Positions 1-10,346 of a stretch of 64,000 bases of DNA are shown here, piece after piece. Each line of letters starts with the position of its first letter. Within the stretch, counting starts at the first letter, position 1. A program made the position numbers and the translations under genes. The stretch lies in the IMG/VR virus record IMGVR_UViG_3300027672_001796; one strand, given 5' to 3'. The notes under the pieces are model-generated. The model was not told the DNA's origin. It saw only the letters and a program-made list of their open reading frames with translations, and did no database searches. Source of the stretch: a virus. Its lineage: Duplodnaviria > Caudoviricetes.

Positions 1-1
1 C

Positions 2-1327
2 TGGAGTCAAGGCGCCTATGTTTCCTTAGGTGGAGATAGTGTAGGTGGCATTTATTGGGGCAACACTGAATCAGATTACACAACAGACTACACCGCATTA
101 CCTCCTGGGTATTATGAATATAATATTGCATTCGATATGCAGGCAACGGATGTTAATGCAGACGGCTTACTAGACTTAGTTATAGCAAACACAGACGGCG
201 AAAATTATTATCAAGGGCATGTGTTACAGTTCTTAACTAACAACGGCGACAGAACATTTGACCATGCGGCATTTAGGGCCGAAGAGTTAATAGAAGGAAT
301 TAACAACGGCGTGAACCACATTTATATACTAGACTTCAATCATGATGGCATTGACGATATACTAGTTACTTCACAAGACCGAGCGTATGCTATGATTAAC
401 AATGGCGATGGCACTTACACAGAAACTAGCCAGTTTGCTGTACCAGATAATAATCCTGTATTTAATATGTTATTCCCTGTTGAAGTAGATGGCAAATATG
501 ATTACGACTTTATTGGTGCAAATATTATGCAACCATCAGACACACAAACAATTACTAGTTTCTTTATTAGTTTAGATCCACCGTCGCAGTTACAAGAAAT
601 GAGATCAGAACTACTTAATAAGCCATTGCAGTACGCACAGACTATTGCTGATAATAAAACATTGTTCCATAATATTAAAAATGCAACACTTAGCGACAAT
701 GTGTTTATGGCAAGAAATAGTGTTACAGGTATTCAAGGTTACTCGCACAATTTTGATAACATAGGTGTTACAGTAGGCAACACATCTAACGGTGCATTAG
801 TATACTTGGACAAGCAAACAGGACAATTCCATTACGGTTTAGGTTATATGACAGACAAGATCGGTGCTAACAGTAACGGCAAATGGTATGGCAACGGTAC
901 TGCTGAATTAGATGTTTCTACACTAAATGCATTTGCAGAATATACTACTCCTATACTACCTAACCTACATGTTACAACGGGCCTAGCAATGTATAAGACG
1001 TCAGTACAAGGCTTTACAGAAGAAAACAGTCAGTACAACATCACAGTAAAAGACTTTACTTTAAACGATGCAGAATTATATGTAGATGTAACAGGTATGC
1101 ACACATCAGTGTACGGAAATACATACTTAACATTAGGTACTAGTATGCACCAGAGCTTGAGTAATACAAGCATTGTGTGGGACGGTGGATTGGTATCTGA
1201 ATTTAGTAACAATGATGTTGCATTTAGGACTACACTAATGCACACATATAAAATGTTCTATGCTAAAGCAACTACTAGTTCAGTTGATGGCGACACATTA
1301 GAAATAGGATTTAACTTACAGTTTTAA
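2..1327 (+). CDS. 5'-truncated FG-GAP/VCBS-repeat protein with C-terminal autotransporter-like outer-membrane beta-barrel
   Basis: Frame is open from nt 2 (WSQGAYVSLGG...). Ca-binding FG-GAP motifs DVNADGLLD and DFNHDGIDD, then a helical linker (PPSQLQEMRSELL...), then about 200 aa of alternating beta-strands ending LEIGFNLQF (terminal Phe, OMP signature). Confidence 0.65.
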   Translation, partial: WSQGAYVSLGGDSVGGIYWGNTESDYTTDYTALPPGYYEYNIAFDMQATDVNADGLLDLVIANTDGENYYQGHVLQFLTNNGDRTFDHAAFRAEELIEGINNGVNHIYILDFNHDGIDDILVTSQDRAYAMINNGDGTYTETSQFAVPDNNPVFNMLFPVEVDGKYDYDFIGANIMQPSDTQTITSFFISLDPPSQLQEMRSELLNKPLQYAQTIADNKTLFHNIKNATLSDNVFMARNSVTGIQGYSHNFDNIGVTVGNTSNGALVYLDKQTGQFHYGLGYMTDKIGANSNGKWYGNGTAELDVSTLNAFAEYTTPILPNLHVTTGLAMYKTSVQGFTEENSQYNITVKDFTLNDAELYVDVTGMHTSVYGNTYLTLGTSMHQSLSNTSIVWDGGLVSEFSNNDVAFRTTLMHTYKMFYAKATTSSVDGDTLEIGFNLQF

Positions 1328-1569
1328 TCCATCCAGTCTTGACTCTTGTCACCGCTCTTCATTTTGTTGTAGCGGTTTAAGGTCTTTATAAGTTCTTCAC
1401 GCTCAGATGGACTCAGGTGCCAACCCTCAGTATACGAAACGGCACCCTCACTAAAAATAGCCAGCTCGGCTACTTGTTTAGAAATTGCTTGACCTTCTTT
1501 CTCGAGTTTACCTAAGTAGGCTGAAATTTCTTCAGGCTCGGCTGACCCTAGGAACCCGTGAAAAAATTT
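1324..1569 (-). CDS. -1 frameshift extension (gp51 / lambda T-like domain) of the tail assembly chaperone
   Basis: 82-codon frame including stop, not in the ORF track: KFFHGFLGSAEPEEISAYLGKLEKEGQAISKQVAELAIFSEGAVSYTEGWHLSPSEREELIKTLNRYNKMKSGDKSQDWMD*. No usable start codon; entered via A-AAT-TTT / T-TTT-TTC at 1569-1560. Confidence 0.8.
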   Translation of the reverse strand, partial: KFFHGFLGSAEPEEISAYLGKLEKEGQAISKQVAELAIFSEGAVSYTEGWHLSPSEREELIKTLNRYNKMKSGDKSQDWMD

Positions 1570-2426
1570 ACAGGATCAAAGTTAATAGTAGAATTAAATG
1601 TGTTATCACATTCTTCATTGCTACATTCAACTTGCACCTCGTTATTAACACCCTTAGCATTAATGCTATTGATAAATGCTTCAATTTCTTTTCCAACGTT
1701 GTTATCAGTATTCTCTAAAAACTCTCTAATAACTTTTTTGTCTTTAATAACAGCATCTTCGCCCTTCTCATCTTGAAAACTAACACTATAAATAGCATCA
1801 ATCAATAACTCGAAGTTTAAGTCTGCTAGTTTAACAAAACTAGTATTAAATGCTTTTAGCCTTTCCATGTCGTCGTCTAATGCAGAAATACTTTGCATAC
1901 TTCTTGTACTTTGGAAACTGGCAACACCTGCCTTAATAGTGTTCTTATAACTAAATGGCATACCTGAAATAACAAGTCCGTTTGCAAGAGTAACTTCGTA
2001 GACATCGTCTAGTTCTTCCATTGTCTGCAAACTTTGTGCAACACTTACAGTTACGTCAGTAGTAGTTTCGCACTTTGGACACTTAGCGGCAACATCAACA
2101 TCATCACCACCACTTGCACCTCTAATTGCAATTAGTAATGCATCTACGTCAGCACTATATAAATCTCTTGCATTTTTAATTTCTGGTACACATGAATGGA
2201 TCAATGAAGCAACTGCCTCACCGTTTAATAAAGCATCTGGATTTTTTAATAACAACTCATCTTTAGTAGTCATTGGATAAATTGCTAATTCTTGGGTACT
2301 ATCATCATTGAATACGACAATACCTTCGTCATAAAATTTACCACCACTAGGGATTTTTGTGAATATCTTTGGTGCTCTGAAGTAGGCACTTAACGGATTC
2401 TGCGTTTTGTTCATATTTTTGCTCAT
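1548..2426 (-). CDS. gp26: T4 gp26-like baseplate hub / tail assembly chaperone
   Basis: NPLSAYFRAPKIFTKIPSGGKFY, IYPMTTKDELLLKNPDALLNG, DVDALLIAIRGAS, CPKC and C-terminal CxxxxC...FDPVNFF; Shine-Dalgarno (SD) CAGGAG upstream. Confidence 0.8.
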   Translation of the reverse strand: MSKNMNKTQNPLSAYFRAPKIFTKIPSGGKFYDEGIVVFNDDSTQELAIYPMTTKDELLLKNPDALLNGEAVASLIHSCVPEIKNARDLYSADVDALLIAIRGASGGDDVDVAAKCPKCETTTDVTVSVAQSLQTMEELDDVYEVTLANGLVISGMPFSYKNTIKAGVASFQSTRSMQSISALDDDMERLKAFNTSFVKLADLNFELLIDAIYSVSFQDEKGEDAVIKDKKVIREFLENTDNNVGKEIEAFINSINAKGVNNEVQVECSNEECDNTFNSTINFDPVNFFTGS

Positions 2427-2449
2427 TAAAACTCCTGTTAATTCTTTAA

Positions 2450-2457
2450 GATAAATA
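2450..2457 (+). promoter_or_regulatory. T4-type late promoter for the tape measure gene
   Basis: GATAAATA; an opposing copy on the minus strand at 2506-2499 serves gp26. Confidence 0.6.
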
Positions 2458-2538
2458 CGTTTGTAGTTAAATTTTTATCTAATGATTAACTTAGTACTTA
2501 TTTATCTACATTAAAACTAGTTTTAAAGGAAATACTGA

Positions 2539-5500
2539 GTGGCAGTTGAATTTAACATAGAAGGACAGAATTTTCGTTTCCCAGATTGGGCAACAGAATC
2601 CACCATGGAAGAAGTATCCAAAGTACTTCAAGAGATTGCAAAAAATAACGGTGTGTCAGACAAAGACCTTAAAGCACTAGTAGAGAACAATAAGAAGATG
2701 CATTTAGCAATAACTAACAATGCAAAAGACGAAAAAAGTTCTGACAAAGCTAGACAGGAAGAGGCTAAAGAAGCCGGCGGGTTCTTACAAGAAATGATTA
2801 GGGGCATCAAAGGTAACGAAGATGCTATCAGAGACGGCAATAAAGTAGACAAAAAGGAATATAAATCCTTTGCTACTAAAGTTATAGACGACTTTGAAAA
2901 CACAGGCGAACAACTTGTCGGAGCAGTAGGCTTTGTTGGCGGAGGCGTATTTAAAGCAGGTATGCTACTTGGCGGCGCGGCAGTAACAGGCGCAGGCTTT
3001 ATTAGTAAAGCAATGATGGGCGCCGGCAGTGCAATTAACGACCTTACTTCAGTTGGTATTGGGTTTAACAGTACTTACACTGATATGGGTAAAACTACTA
3101 CCCAAGCAATTGGACAACTGGGTGCATTGGGCGACGGTTTTGCAGGTGCGGCACAGAGAATGGCAAATTCTTCTAGTGTAATAGCAACTCAGGGCTTTGG
3201 TAGATTTACTGACACAATGAAATTTGCGGCAGACACGTCAGAGGAACTTGGTTTAAGTTTCCAGGACAGCATGGATCGTTTTGGACAAGCATTAGATAGA
3301 CGACAAGCAATGTTAAACTTGGGTAATGTTGACCAGGGAAGATTAAACCAACAAGTAGCAAGAACAACAAGATTACAACAAGCATACTCAACAGCAATTG
3401 GTGTGAGTACAGCAGAATTACAAAACTTTGTAAGTCAGCTATTAGACGAAGGTCAATTAACAGCAACACTTCTGCAATTTAACGATGCAGTACGAAGTGA
3501 TGTTATTGGCGGCATAGAAGTATTTGCTTCTGGCATGGCGGCTATGGGCGGAAAAGCAGGAGCCGATCTTGCAACAGCATTCCAGGAAGCGGCGAATACA
3601 AGTGCTATTGGAATGAGCCAAGCGGCTATTGGTATGGTAACAGCATTACCTAATCTTCAAGGCCCGATGAACGAATATATAACAGCAGTACAAAACGGCA
3701 CATTAAGCCAAGACCAAGCACAAGGAATGGTAGAAGGTCTAACGTCGACACTAGGCAATCTTAGCCACAGTGAAAAACAACGTATCAGAGCAATGGCTAA
3801 CATTGGCGACGAATCAGCAAAAACTATGGCAAACGCTATAGCACAGTTTGAACAGTCCGAAAGCAAAATGAAAGATATTAATAAATCATTAGGCACAGGC
3901 TTTCAAATGGACTTAGTACAAAAGGGTACTAACCAATTTAATAAAGTAATGGCACAGATATCAGGCGGAGCCCAGAATGCATTCTACAGTTTATTCTCAG
4001 ATCCAGAAGTAACAGGAGCAATATCAGACGGCTTCAAAGAAATACTAGACATCTTTGGCTTTGGCGTAGACGATATGAGTGGAGCCGCAATGAGTATGGG
4101 CGACAGAGTAGGCAAAATGGCGACAACTTTAGCTAAATGGATTAAAGTAGCGGCAGATCAATTAGCAGACTTTGCCCAATATATCAAAACAGCTTTCGAT
4201 AAAGACGGCTTCGCTGGAGTGATTCAGACACTGTTAGGAGACATAGGCTCAGCAATAACTTCTGGCCTATTAAAGTTGCTAGCCGCGGCAGTTCCTGTGA
4301 TAATTGCATTGTCGACGGCGAAAGCCCTTGCAGTTCAGGCAGTTACCGGAAAAGTACAAGCCGGAGTTGGTGGAGCACTTGCAGACACGATAAAGAATAG
4401 AGTATCAAGTAGCGGTGCCACATCAGTTGGAAGCGGCTTGGAAGCGGCAGGCAGTAAAGCCACTGATATCACCGAATCAGCATTATCCGGAGGCGGCAAA
4501 ACAGGCGGCTTCCTACAAAGAATAGCAGATGGCGTTAAGAAATTTGGCGACACTAAAGTACTTAAAGGCGCGGCGGCAATTGCATTATTAGGTGCATCAG
4601 TTGGATTAGCGGCTGTAGGACTTAAACAGTTCAATGATGTAGAGTGGACTTCAATTGTAAAAGGCACAATTGCACTAGGCGGATTGGCGGCACTAGCCAC
4701 GGTGCTAGGTAAAGCATCAGGATCGATGCTCACAGGAGCGGCGGCGATAGCACTATTAGGATTATCAATTCTTCCATTAGGCAAAGGACTCCAATTAATG
4801 AAAGATGTTGGTCTTAAAACAATTGGCGTGTTGGCGGCAGGACTTGTAGTATTAGGTATAGCGGCGGCAGGACTTAGTTTTATATCACCATTTATTATAA
4901 CAGGCGCAATAGCCATTGGAGCATTGGGTCTTGCATTAATACCATTAGGTCTTGCTATGCAGTTAATTAATGAGCCTCTTAAAAACTTCGGCCCTAGCTT
5001 ATCAGCACTGGCAGACGTTGACGGTGGTGGACTAATGAATACAGCAGGCGGATTATTGGCAGTAGGAGCCGCTATGACGCTAATGGCCCCTATGTTACCA
5101 TTTATGCTTATTGGCTCTATGGCAGGACCTGTTATGGAGAGACTAGCAGATTCATTATATGCATTTAACCGTGTGGATATGAAAAACTTGAGTATGGCTG
5201 GCGGCGCAATGAAGTCACTTGGTGGCGGCATGAGTGCTATGAGCGGCGGTACATTAATGAGCGGTATCAAAGACGGCATCGGAGCATTGTTTGGAGCAGA
5301 CAGTCCTATAGAAAAAATGAAAAAGTTTATCGACGGACTTGCTGGCATTAGTGTAAAGCCGTTATTAATTATAGCTAAAGGGTTTGTATTATTACAACAG
5401 GCAATAATAAAACTACCTGTAACATTACTTAACACAATGGCACGAATGAATGAAATGAGCGACATGTTCCTACTGTTAGCAGAAGAATCTAGATTCATAA

Positions 5501-6576
5501 TGATATTTGGAAGTAACATAACTAAGTTCGCTGTTAATATGAAACATGTTGGAGACTCGTTTGAGAAAATGGGCGACGACCCATTTGTTATATTCGACAA
5601 TTTAGAAAGCCAATCTAAACACATGGGAATGTTTGCCACAAGTACAGCACAACTTAATGAAGCATTAGGTAATTTCGACGGAGCCGGTATTGGTCAAGGG
5701 TTCTACATAATGGGCGATGGCATAGCCTATCTAGCACAGCAAATAGCCGATATAAACTTCGCAGATTTATTAAAAATAGCGGCATTAGGATTAATAGGCG
5801 GTAGTAGTTCAGCAGGAGCCAAGCAAGTAAACACAGACATGTCAAACGTTCCTACTAGTAAAGCAGGACAGAAAGCACTACAAAAAACTAGTGCGCCATT
5901 AGTAGAAAAAGGTATAACTAAAACACCAACAGTTATCGAAGATCTCTTGAGCGAAGATGACTGGGGTATTGCTAGTACATCGTTAAAAGAGTTAACAGAA
6001 AGACTACAAACAGCCACAGCCGCCCTCGAAAAAGGCCCCGACATTGATTCGATGGATTATATGGATGACGAACAAAGGCTTAAGAACGATGTGATGTGGG
6101 CAAAGATGGACATTAGAAGTAAGAAAGATCAGATGGCTGGCGGAACTGGCAGTTTTGCAGAGACAACAACAACGGGCATAGGAAGACCAGAAGCTTTGCC
6201 AATTGGTGAGACTTCGGACTATGATGATGAAGACATCTTCGACTCTGTGCCGATACCTACGGCAATAGATAGGTCACCGGCTGGCAGAGCCAAACGAAGA
6301 AGAGAACAGTTAGAGAAGAGAAAGGGTGGCGACTTAACTGGATTTAATGGCAACACTGGAACAGATGTTGACACAGCCGCACAATTCCCAGAAACTAAAA
6401 AGCAAAAAGATACCAAGCCCAAAGTAGATACTACTATGGACGACTTCAATTCAAAACCAACCTCAACAACCCCAACTCCTAACGAAGATAGGATAGGCGA
6501 ACTAATATCATTACAGACCGAAAATAACAAGCTATTAAAGGCTCAAATCAAAGCTACTAAAGTTCTAAACGACTAA
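2539..6576 (+). CDS. tail tape measure protein
   Basis: 1345 aa, GTG start, Ala/Gly-rich helical protein with internal repeats (GAAAIALLG...); adjacent to the chaperone frameshift gene and portal. Confidence 0.75.
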   Translation: MAVEFNIEGQNFRFPDWATESTMEEVSKVLQEIAKNNGVSDKDLKALVENNKKMHLAITNNAKDEKSSDKARQEEAKEAGGFLQEMIRGIKGNEDAIRDGNKVDKKEYKSFATKVIDDFENTGEQLVGAVGFVGGGVFKAGMLLGGAAVTGAGFISKAMMGAGSAINDLTSVGIGFNSTYTDMGKTTTQAIGQLGALGDGFAGAAQRMANSSSVIATQGFGRFTDTMKFAADTSEELGLSFQDSMDRFGQALDRRQAMLNLGNVDQGRLNQQVARTTRLQQAYSTAIGVSTAELQNFVSQLLDEGQLTATLLQFNDAVRSDVIGGIEVFASGMAAMGGKAGADLATAFQEAANTSAIGMSQAAIGMVTALPNLQGPMNEYITAVQNGTLSQDQAQGMVEGLTSTLGNLSHSEKQRIRAMANIGDESAKTMANAIAQFEQSESKMKDINKSLGTGFQMDLVQKGTNQFNKVMAQISGGAQNAFYSLFSDPEVTGAISDGFKEILDIFGFGVDDMSGAAMSMGDRVGKMATTLAKWIKVAADQLADFAQYIKTAFDKDGFAGVIQTLLGDIGSAITSGLLKLLAAAVPVIIALSTAKALAVQAVTGKVQAGVGGALADTIKNRVSSSGATSVGSGLEAAGSKATDITESALSGGGKTGGFLQRIADGVKKFGDTKVLKGAAAIALLGASVGLAAVGLKQFNDVEWTSIVKGTIALGGLAALATVLGKASGSMLTGAAAIALLGLSILPLGKGLQLMKDVGLKTIGVLAAGLVVLGIAAAGLSFISPFIITGAIAIGALGLALIPLGLAMQLINEPLKNFGPSLSALADVDGGGLMNTAGGLLAVGAAMTLMAPMLPFMLIGSMAGPVMERLADSLYAFNRVDMKNLSMAGGAMKSLGGGMSAMSGGTLMSGIKDGIGALFGADSPIEKMKKFIDGLAGISVKPLLIIAKGFVLLQQAIIKLPVTLLNTMARMNEMSDMFLLLAEESRFIMIFGSNITKFAVNMKHVGDSFEKMGDDPFVIFDNLESQSKHMGMFATSTAQLNEALGNFDGAGIGQGFYIMGDGIAYLAQQIADINFADLLKIAALGLIGGSSSAGAKQVNTDMSNVPTSKAGQKALQKTSAPLVEKGITKTPTVIEDLLSEDDWGIASTSLKELTERLQTATAALEKGPDIDSMDYMDDEQRLKNDVMWAKMDIRSKKDQMAGGTGSFAETTTTGIGRPEALPIGETSDYDDEDIFDSVPIPTAIDRSPAGRAKRRREQLEKRKGGDLTGFNGNTGTDVDTAAQFPETKKQKDTKPKVDTTMDDFNSKPTSTTPTPNEDRIGELISLQTENNKLLKAQIKATKVLND

Positions 6577-6638
6577 TTTCAAAAAGACTTGACATTATTT
6601 CATTAAAGTGATAAATATACGCATATAAAGGAACTTTT

Positions 6639-8333
6639 ATGGCAACTTGGCGAAAATATTTTAATGCAACATCATCAAACGGAGGAATGCCTTCGAACAT
6701 TGATGGGCAGTCAGCTGGACAATTTGGTGCGGCTCGGTTTAGCAGTTGGTTACCTGAAGTATATGCAGGCAGTCCTAACAGACTTATGCGTTATATTCAG
6801 TATGACCAAATGGACAACGACTTGGAGATCAATGCGGCACTAGATATTATTGCAGAATTTTGCTCACAAGATGACGAGTACACTAAACTACCATTCATAT
6901 TCGAGTTTACAGAAGATCCTAGCGAAACAGAAATGAAAATTCTTAGCAAAACACTTGATCAATGGTGTAACAACAACGAGCTAAGAAGACGAGCTTTTAA
7001 AATGGTAAGGAACACTCTTAAATACGGAGACCAGTTCTTTATTAGAGATCCAGAAACTTATAAACTATTTTGGGTTGACCCAGCAAACATTGAAAAGGTT
7101 GTTGTTAACGAAAGTGAAGGTAAGAAGATTGAAACTTACTTTATTAAAAACTTAGACGTTAACTTTGAACAAATGTCGGCAACAAGTGCCGCGGCATTAC
7201 ATGCCAGACCATATGGCGCAGGTGGCGGCATGATGGCAGGCGGCAATGTTGGAACTAGTGTTAGTAACTATTCGCCTATGGGCGGAGACCAAGGTGCTAC
7301 AACAGGTAGTCCAGTTGATGCACAGCATGTAGTACATATTAGTTTAACAGAAGGCATGGATCATTCATGGCCCTTTGGCATTAGCGTATTAGAGCCAGTA
7401 TTTAAAGTTTTTAAACAAAAAGAATTATTAGAAGATAGTATTATTATTTACAGAGTTCATAGAGCACCTGAAAGAAGAGTGTTTATGATTGACGTTGGTA
7501 ATATGCCTCCTCATAAAGCACAACAGTACTTAGAACGTGTTAAGTATGAAGTACAGCAAAAACGTGTACCTAACAAAAACAAAGACGGCAACAATGTTGC
7601 AGATGCGGCTTACAATCCAATGAGTATGTTAGAAGATTACTTCTTTGCTCAAACGGCAGACGGTCGTGGTAGTAAAGTTGATACATTGCCTGGCGGTGAG
7701 AACTTAGGTCAAATTGACGACTTAAAATACTTTAACAACAAACTGCTAAGAGGATTGAGAGTACCAAGTTCATATTTGCCTACTGGCCCAGATGATGGAA
7801 CAGCGGCAACAACTGACGGTAAAGTAGGCGTTGCATACATACAAGAATTTCAATTTGCTAAGTTTTGTCAAAGACTACAAAAGCAAATTATACGAACATT
7901 AGATAGAGAATTTAAAATGTTCTTAAACTATAAAGGCATTGAGCTTGATTCAAGTACATTTAAATTAGAATTAACAGTACCTCAAAACTTCAGTTCATAC
8001 AGAGACTTGGACATGAACCTTCAAAGAGCACAGCTATTCGGCAGTTTAGAAGCAGTACCGTATTTAAGTCAGCAATTTAAACTTAAGAAGTACTTAGGCT
8101 TAACGCAAGAAGAGATGAAGGATAACGAGCATTATTGGAAGATGGAGAATAAATACAATACAGACGGCGCAGAAGATGTAGGCTTACGAAATGTAGGCGT
8201 TAGACCTGGCCCAAGTGCTCCGTTAGACATAATGGCACCGGTAGAAGACATACCAGCACCAATGGATGATGTAATGAGTCCAGATGTTAGCGGAATGGAA
8301 CCTGGTTCAGAAATACCAGATGGAAACTTATAA
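6639..8333 (+). CDS. gp20: portal vertex protein (T4 gp20-like)
   Basis: LEDSIIIYRVHRAPERRVFMIDVGNMP, MSMLEDYFF, GRGSKVDTLPGGENLGQIDDLKYF, LRVPSSYL; late promoter GATAAATA at 6610-6617. Confidence 0.95.
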   Translation: MATWRKYFNATSSNGGMPSNIDGQSAGQFGAARFSSWLPEVYAGSPNRLMRYIQYDQMDNDLEINAALDIIAEFCSQDDEYTKLPFIFEFTEDPSETEMKILSKTLDQWCNNNELRRRAFKMVRNTLKYGDQFFIRDPETYKLFWVDPANIEKVVVNESEGKKIETYFIKNLDVNFEQMSATSAAALHARPYGAGGGMMAGGNVGTSVSNYSPMGGDQGATTGSPVDAQHVVHISLTEGMDHSWPFGISVLEPVFKVFKQKELLEDSIIIYRVHRAPERRVFMIDVGNMPPHKAQQYLERVKYEVQQKRVPNKNKDGNNVADAAYNPMSMLEDYFFAQTADGRGSKVDTLPGGENLGQIDDLKYFNNKLLRGLRVPSSYLPTGPDDGTAATTDGKVGVAYIQEFQFAKFCQRLQKQIIRTLDREFKMFLNYKGIELDSSTFKLELTVPQNFSSYRDLDMNLQRAQLFGSLEAVPYLSQQFKLKKYLGLTQEEMKDNEHYWKMENKYNTDGAEDVGLRNVGVRPGPSAPLDIMAPVEDIPAPMDDVMSPDVSGMEPGSEIPDGNL

Positions 8334-8536
8334 TGAGATTAACAGAATTTTACAATCCAGAAAATGACAGGTCAGTTGGCAGATCTCTTGACGATACTAG
8401 AAAAACTAAACTTACTTTAAAAACACTGAACAAGTTAAGAAAATATAGAGAAATTAAAAAGTCAGAGAATTTAGAACAGCGTGAATTTGCATCACTTATG
8501 TATGCCAAAGCCGCTGAAGCAACTCCGGAATTTTAA
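8333..8536 (+). CDS. small basic protein translationally coupled to portal
   Basis: 67 aa; TAATG overlap with the portal stop; DTRKTKLTLKTLNKLRK motif. Confidence 0.7.
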   Translation: MRLTEFYNPENDRSVGRSLDDTRKTKLTLKTLNKLRKYREIKKSENLEQREFASLMYAKAAEATPEF

Positions 8537-9364
8537 ATGAAGCTAGCCGTTTGCGGTTGCTCATGGTCCTCAGTAGATCCACAGCATAAAGGAATCGAAT
8601 TCGGTTCTTTAATATCCTCACACATAAATGCAGAATATTACAACTTAGCTAAACCTGGTTGTAGTAACTTTGGCATTGCACTACAAGTAGACTATGCATT
8701 AAAACACTACGATCCAGACGTGTTTATTATAAATGCTACAACAGTTACTAGAGAAGAAATCAAACTTAAAGACTCGCCACGTTACGATCCTGAAAAAGGC
8801 TGGGATAACGTAGATTTTAACCATGTGCTGATAGAGAAGTATAGGGACGAACATGCTCCCGGCTATGGCAAAGGATATGCTCCTACGATAATGATAGACA
8901 GTTACGGCAGTATCTTTAATGAAGATATAGATAAGACTTTAGCAGACAATAACATAGTACAACGATACGAAAGAGCATTTACTAACAATAGTTTTGAAGC
9001 ACTAAAAAAGCATTTTTTGTACATATATGATGCTGATGTACAGAGACACAAACAGCAAATGATATTAACCTATGCCTTACAAAAATTGCAATTAAAAGGC
9101 AAAAAAGTTATATTCTCACCCAACACATTTGACTGGGCAGAAGGATATGATATGGTGTCTAGGGATCCTTATGCTAAGGTATGCACTAAATGGGATATAC
9201 CCAATACCATGCTACAGCAGAAAGGCATAGCAGATTATTTGTCAGTGTGCGATGACTTATGGGGCGGATGGGAAAATAGTCCAGGCACACAATATGACCA
9301 CCACTTGCCGTTAGAAGCACACCAAGCCTATGTTGAAACACTAAAACCGTATTTAACAACGTAG
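8537..9364 (+). CDS. SGNH/GDSL-hydrolase-like accessory protein
   Basis: N-terminal LAVCGCSWS (block I G-x-S-like), NLAKPGCSNFGI (block II), C-terminal DHH...EAH. Confidence 0.5.
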   Translation: MKLAVCGCSWSSVDPQHKGIEFGSLISSHINAEYYNLAKPGCSNFGIALQVDYALKHYDPDVFIINATTVTREEIKLKDSPRYDPEKGWDNVDFNHVLIEKYRDEHAPGYGKGYAPTIMIDSYGSIFNEDIDKTLADNNIVQRYERAFTNNSFEALKKHFLYIYDADVQRHKQQMILTYALQKLQLKGKKVIFSPNTFDWAEGYDMVSRDPYAKVCTKWDIPNTMLQQKGIADYLSVCDDLWGGWENSPGTQYDHHLPLEAHQAYVETLKPYLTT

Positions 9365-9570
9365 TTTTCTTAAACGTAGCAAAGTATAAATATTCTTTAC
9401 ATATACACTATAATCACACATTTCATTCCAAATGGGCTTGTTTTAGCCTATAACTATTCAAAAACCCCACCACCGTATAAGTATTACACATATTAAGATG
9501 TAAATACAATTTTTGCTGTATAACAGCATAAAAAACATTCATTTTATACTATAATTATAGGAGCTCAATA

Positions 9571-10323
9571 ATGTCAGAACGCAATAAATTAGAACAAGTT
9601 CTCGAACTACTACTTGCAGAAGATAACGAGCGTGCCGAAGAGCTACTTCACGAATATGTCGTTGAAACTGCTCGAGCCGAGTACGAGCGTATCTTAGACG
9701 AAGATGAAGTAGTCGAAACTGAAGAAACTGAAGAAGAAGCAGTTGAAGAGTCTGAGGAATCAGAAGAAGAAGCAGTTGAAGAAGCTATTGATGATAGCGA
9801 TCCAGAAGCAGATTTTGTTAGCGATGTAGCAGATACAGACGCTGGAATTGATGACGATGAGATTGGCGGATTCGGAAGCGAAGAAGAAGCTGGTGAAGAA
9901 GAAGATTTAGAAGACAAAGTCGACAGTTTAGAAGACGAACTTGAAGATTTAAGAGCTGAATTTGAAAAATTACTTTCAGGCGAAGAAGAAGGCGAAGGCG
10001 AAGAATTGCCAGTAGACATGGACATGGAAATGGACATGGAACAGCCAGAAGAAGAGTCAATTGAATATGATTTAGACGAGGAAGTTGAAGAAGACGAAGA
10101 AGTAGTTGAAGAAGCTACTAAATTGTCTGACACTGTAGCGGCACCAAAAGGTGGCGAAGCAGACAGCAAAGAATCCCCTTTAACTAAAAAGCCAAAAGCA
10201 ACTGTAGTAACTGGAGCAGGAACACCTGTTAAAGCTAACGACGGCGGCGAAGGCAAAAAAGGCGAATCAGCTAAAGACCATACACCAACTGATAACATCA
10301 AGGTTTTGCCTAAAAAGGCATAA
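9571..10323 (+). CDS. acidic prohead core / scaffold-associated protein (gp67/68-like position)
   Basis: Very Glu/Asp-rich, located between portal and prohead protease; SD AGGAG. Confidence 0.6.
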   Translation: MSERNKLEQVLELLLAEDNERAEELLHEYVVETARAEYERILDEDEVVETEETEEEAVEESEESEEEAVEEAIDDSDPEADFVSDVADTDAGIDDDEIGGFGSEEEAGEEEDLEDKVDSLEDELEDLRAEFEKLLSGEEEGEGEELPVDMDMEMDMEQPEEESIEYDLDEEVEEDEEVVEEATKLSDTVAAPKGGEADSKESPLTKKPKATVVTGAGTPVKANDGGEGKKGESAKDHTPTDNIKVLPKKA

Positions 10324-10346
10324 CTGAACTTTAAGGTATATTAATA

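Noticed and set aside
4335-5639. 434-aa antisense ORF inside the tape measure gene (also 9648-10301, 14590-15276 and many shorter ones)
   Set aside because: They mirror the codon bias of strongly coding sense genes (Ala/Gly/Thr- or Glu-rich) and show no motifs or initiation signals.
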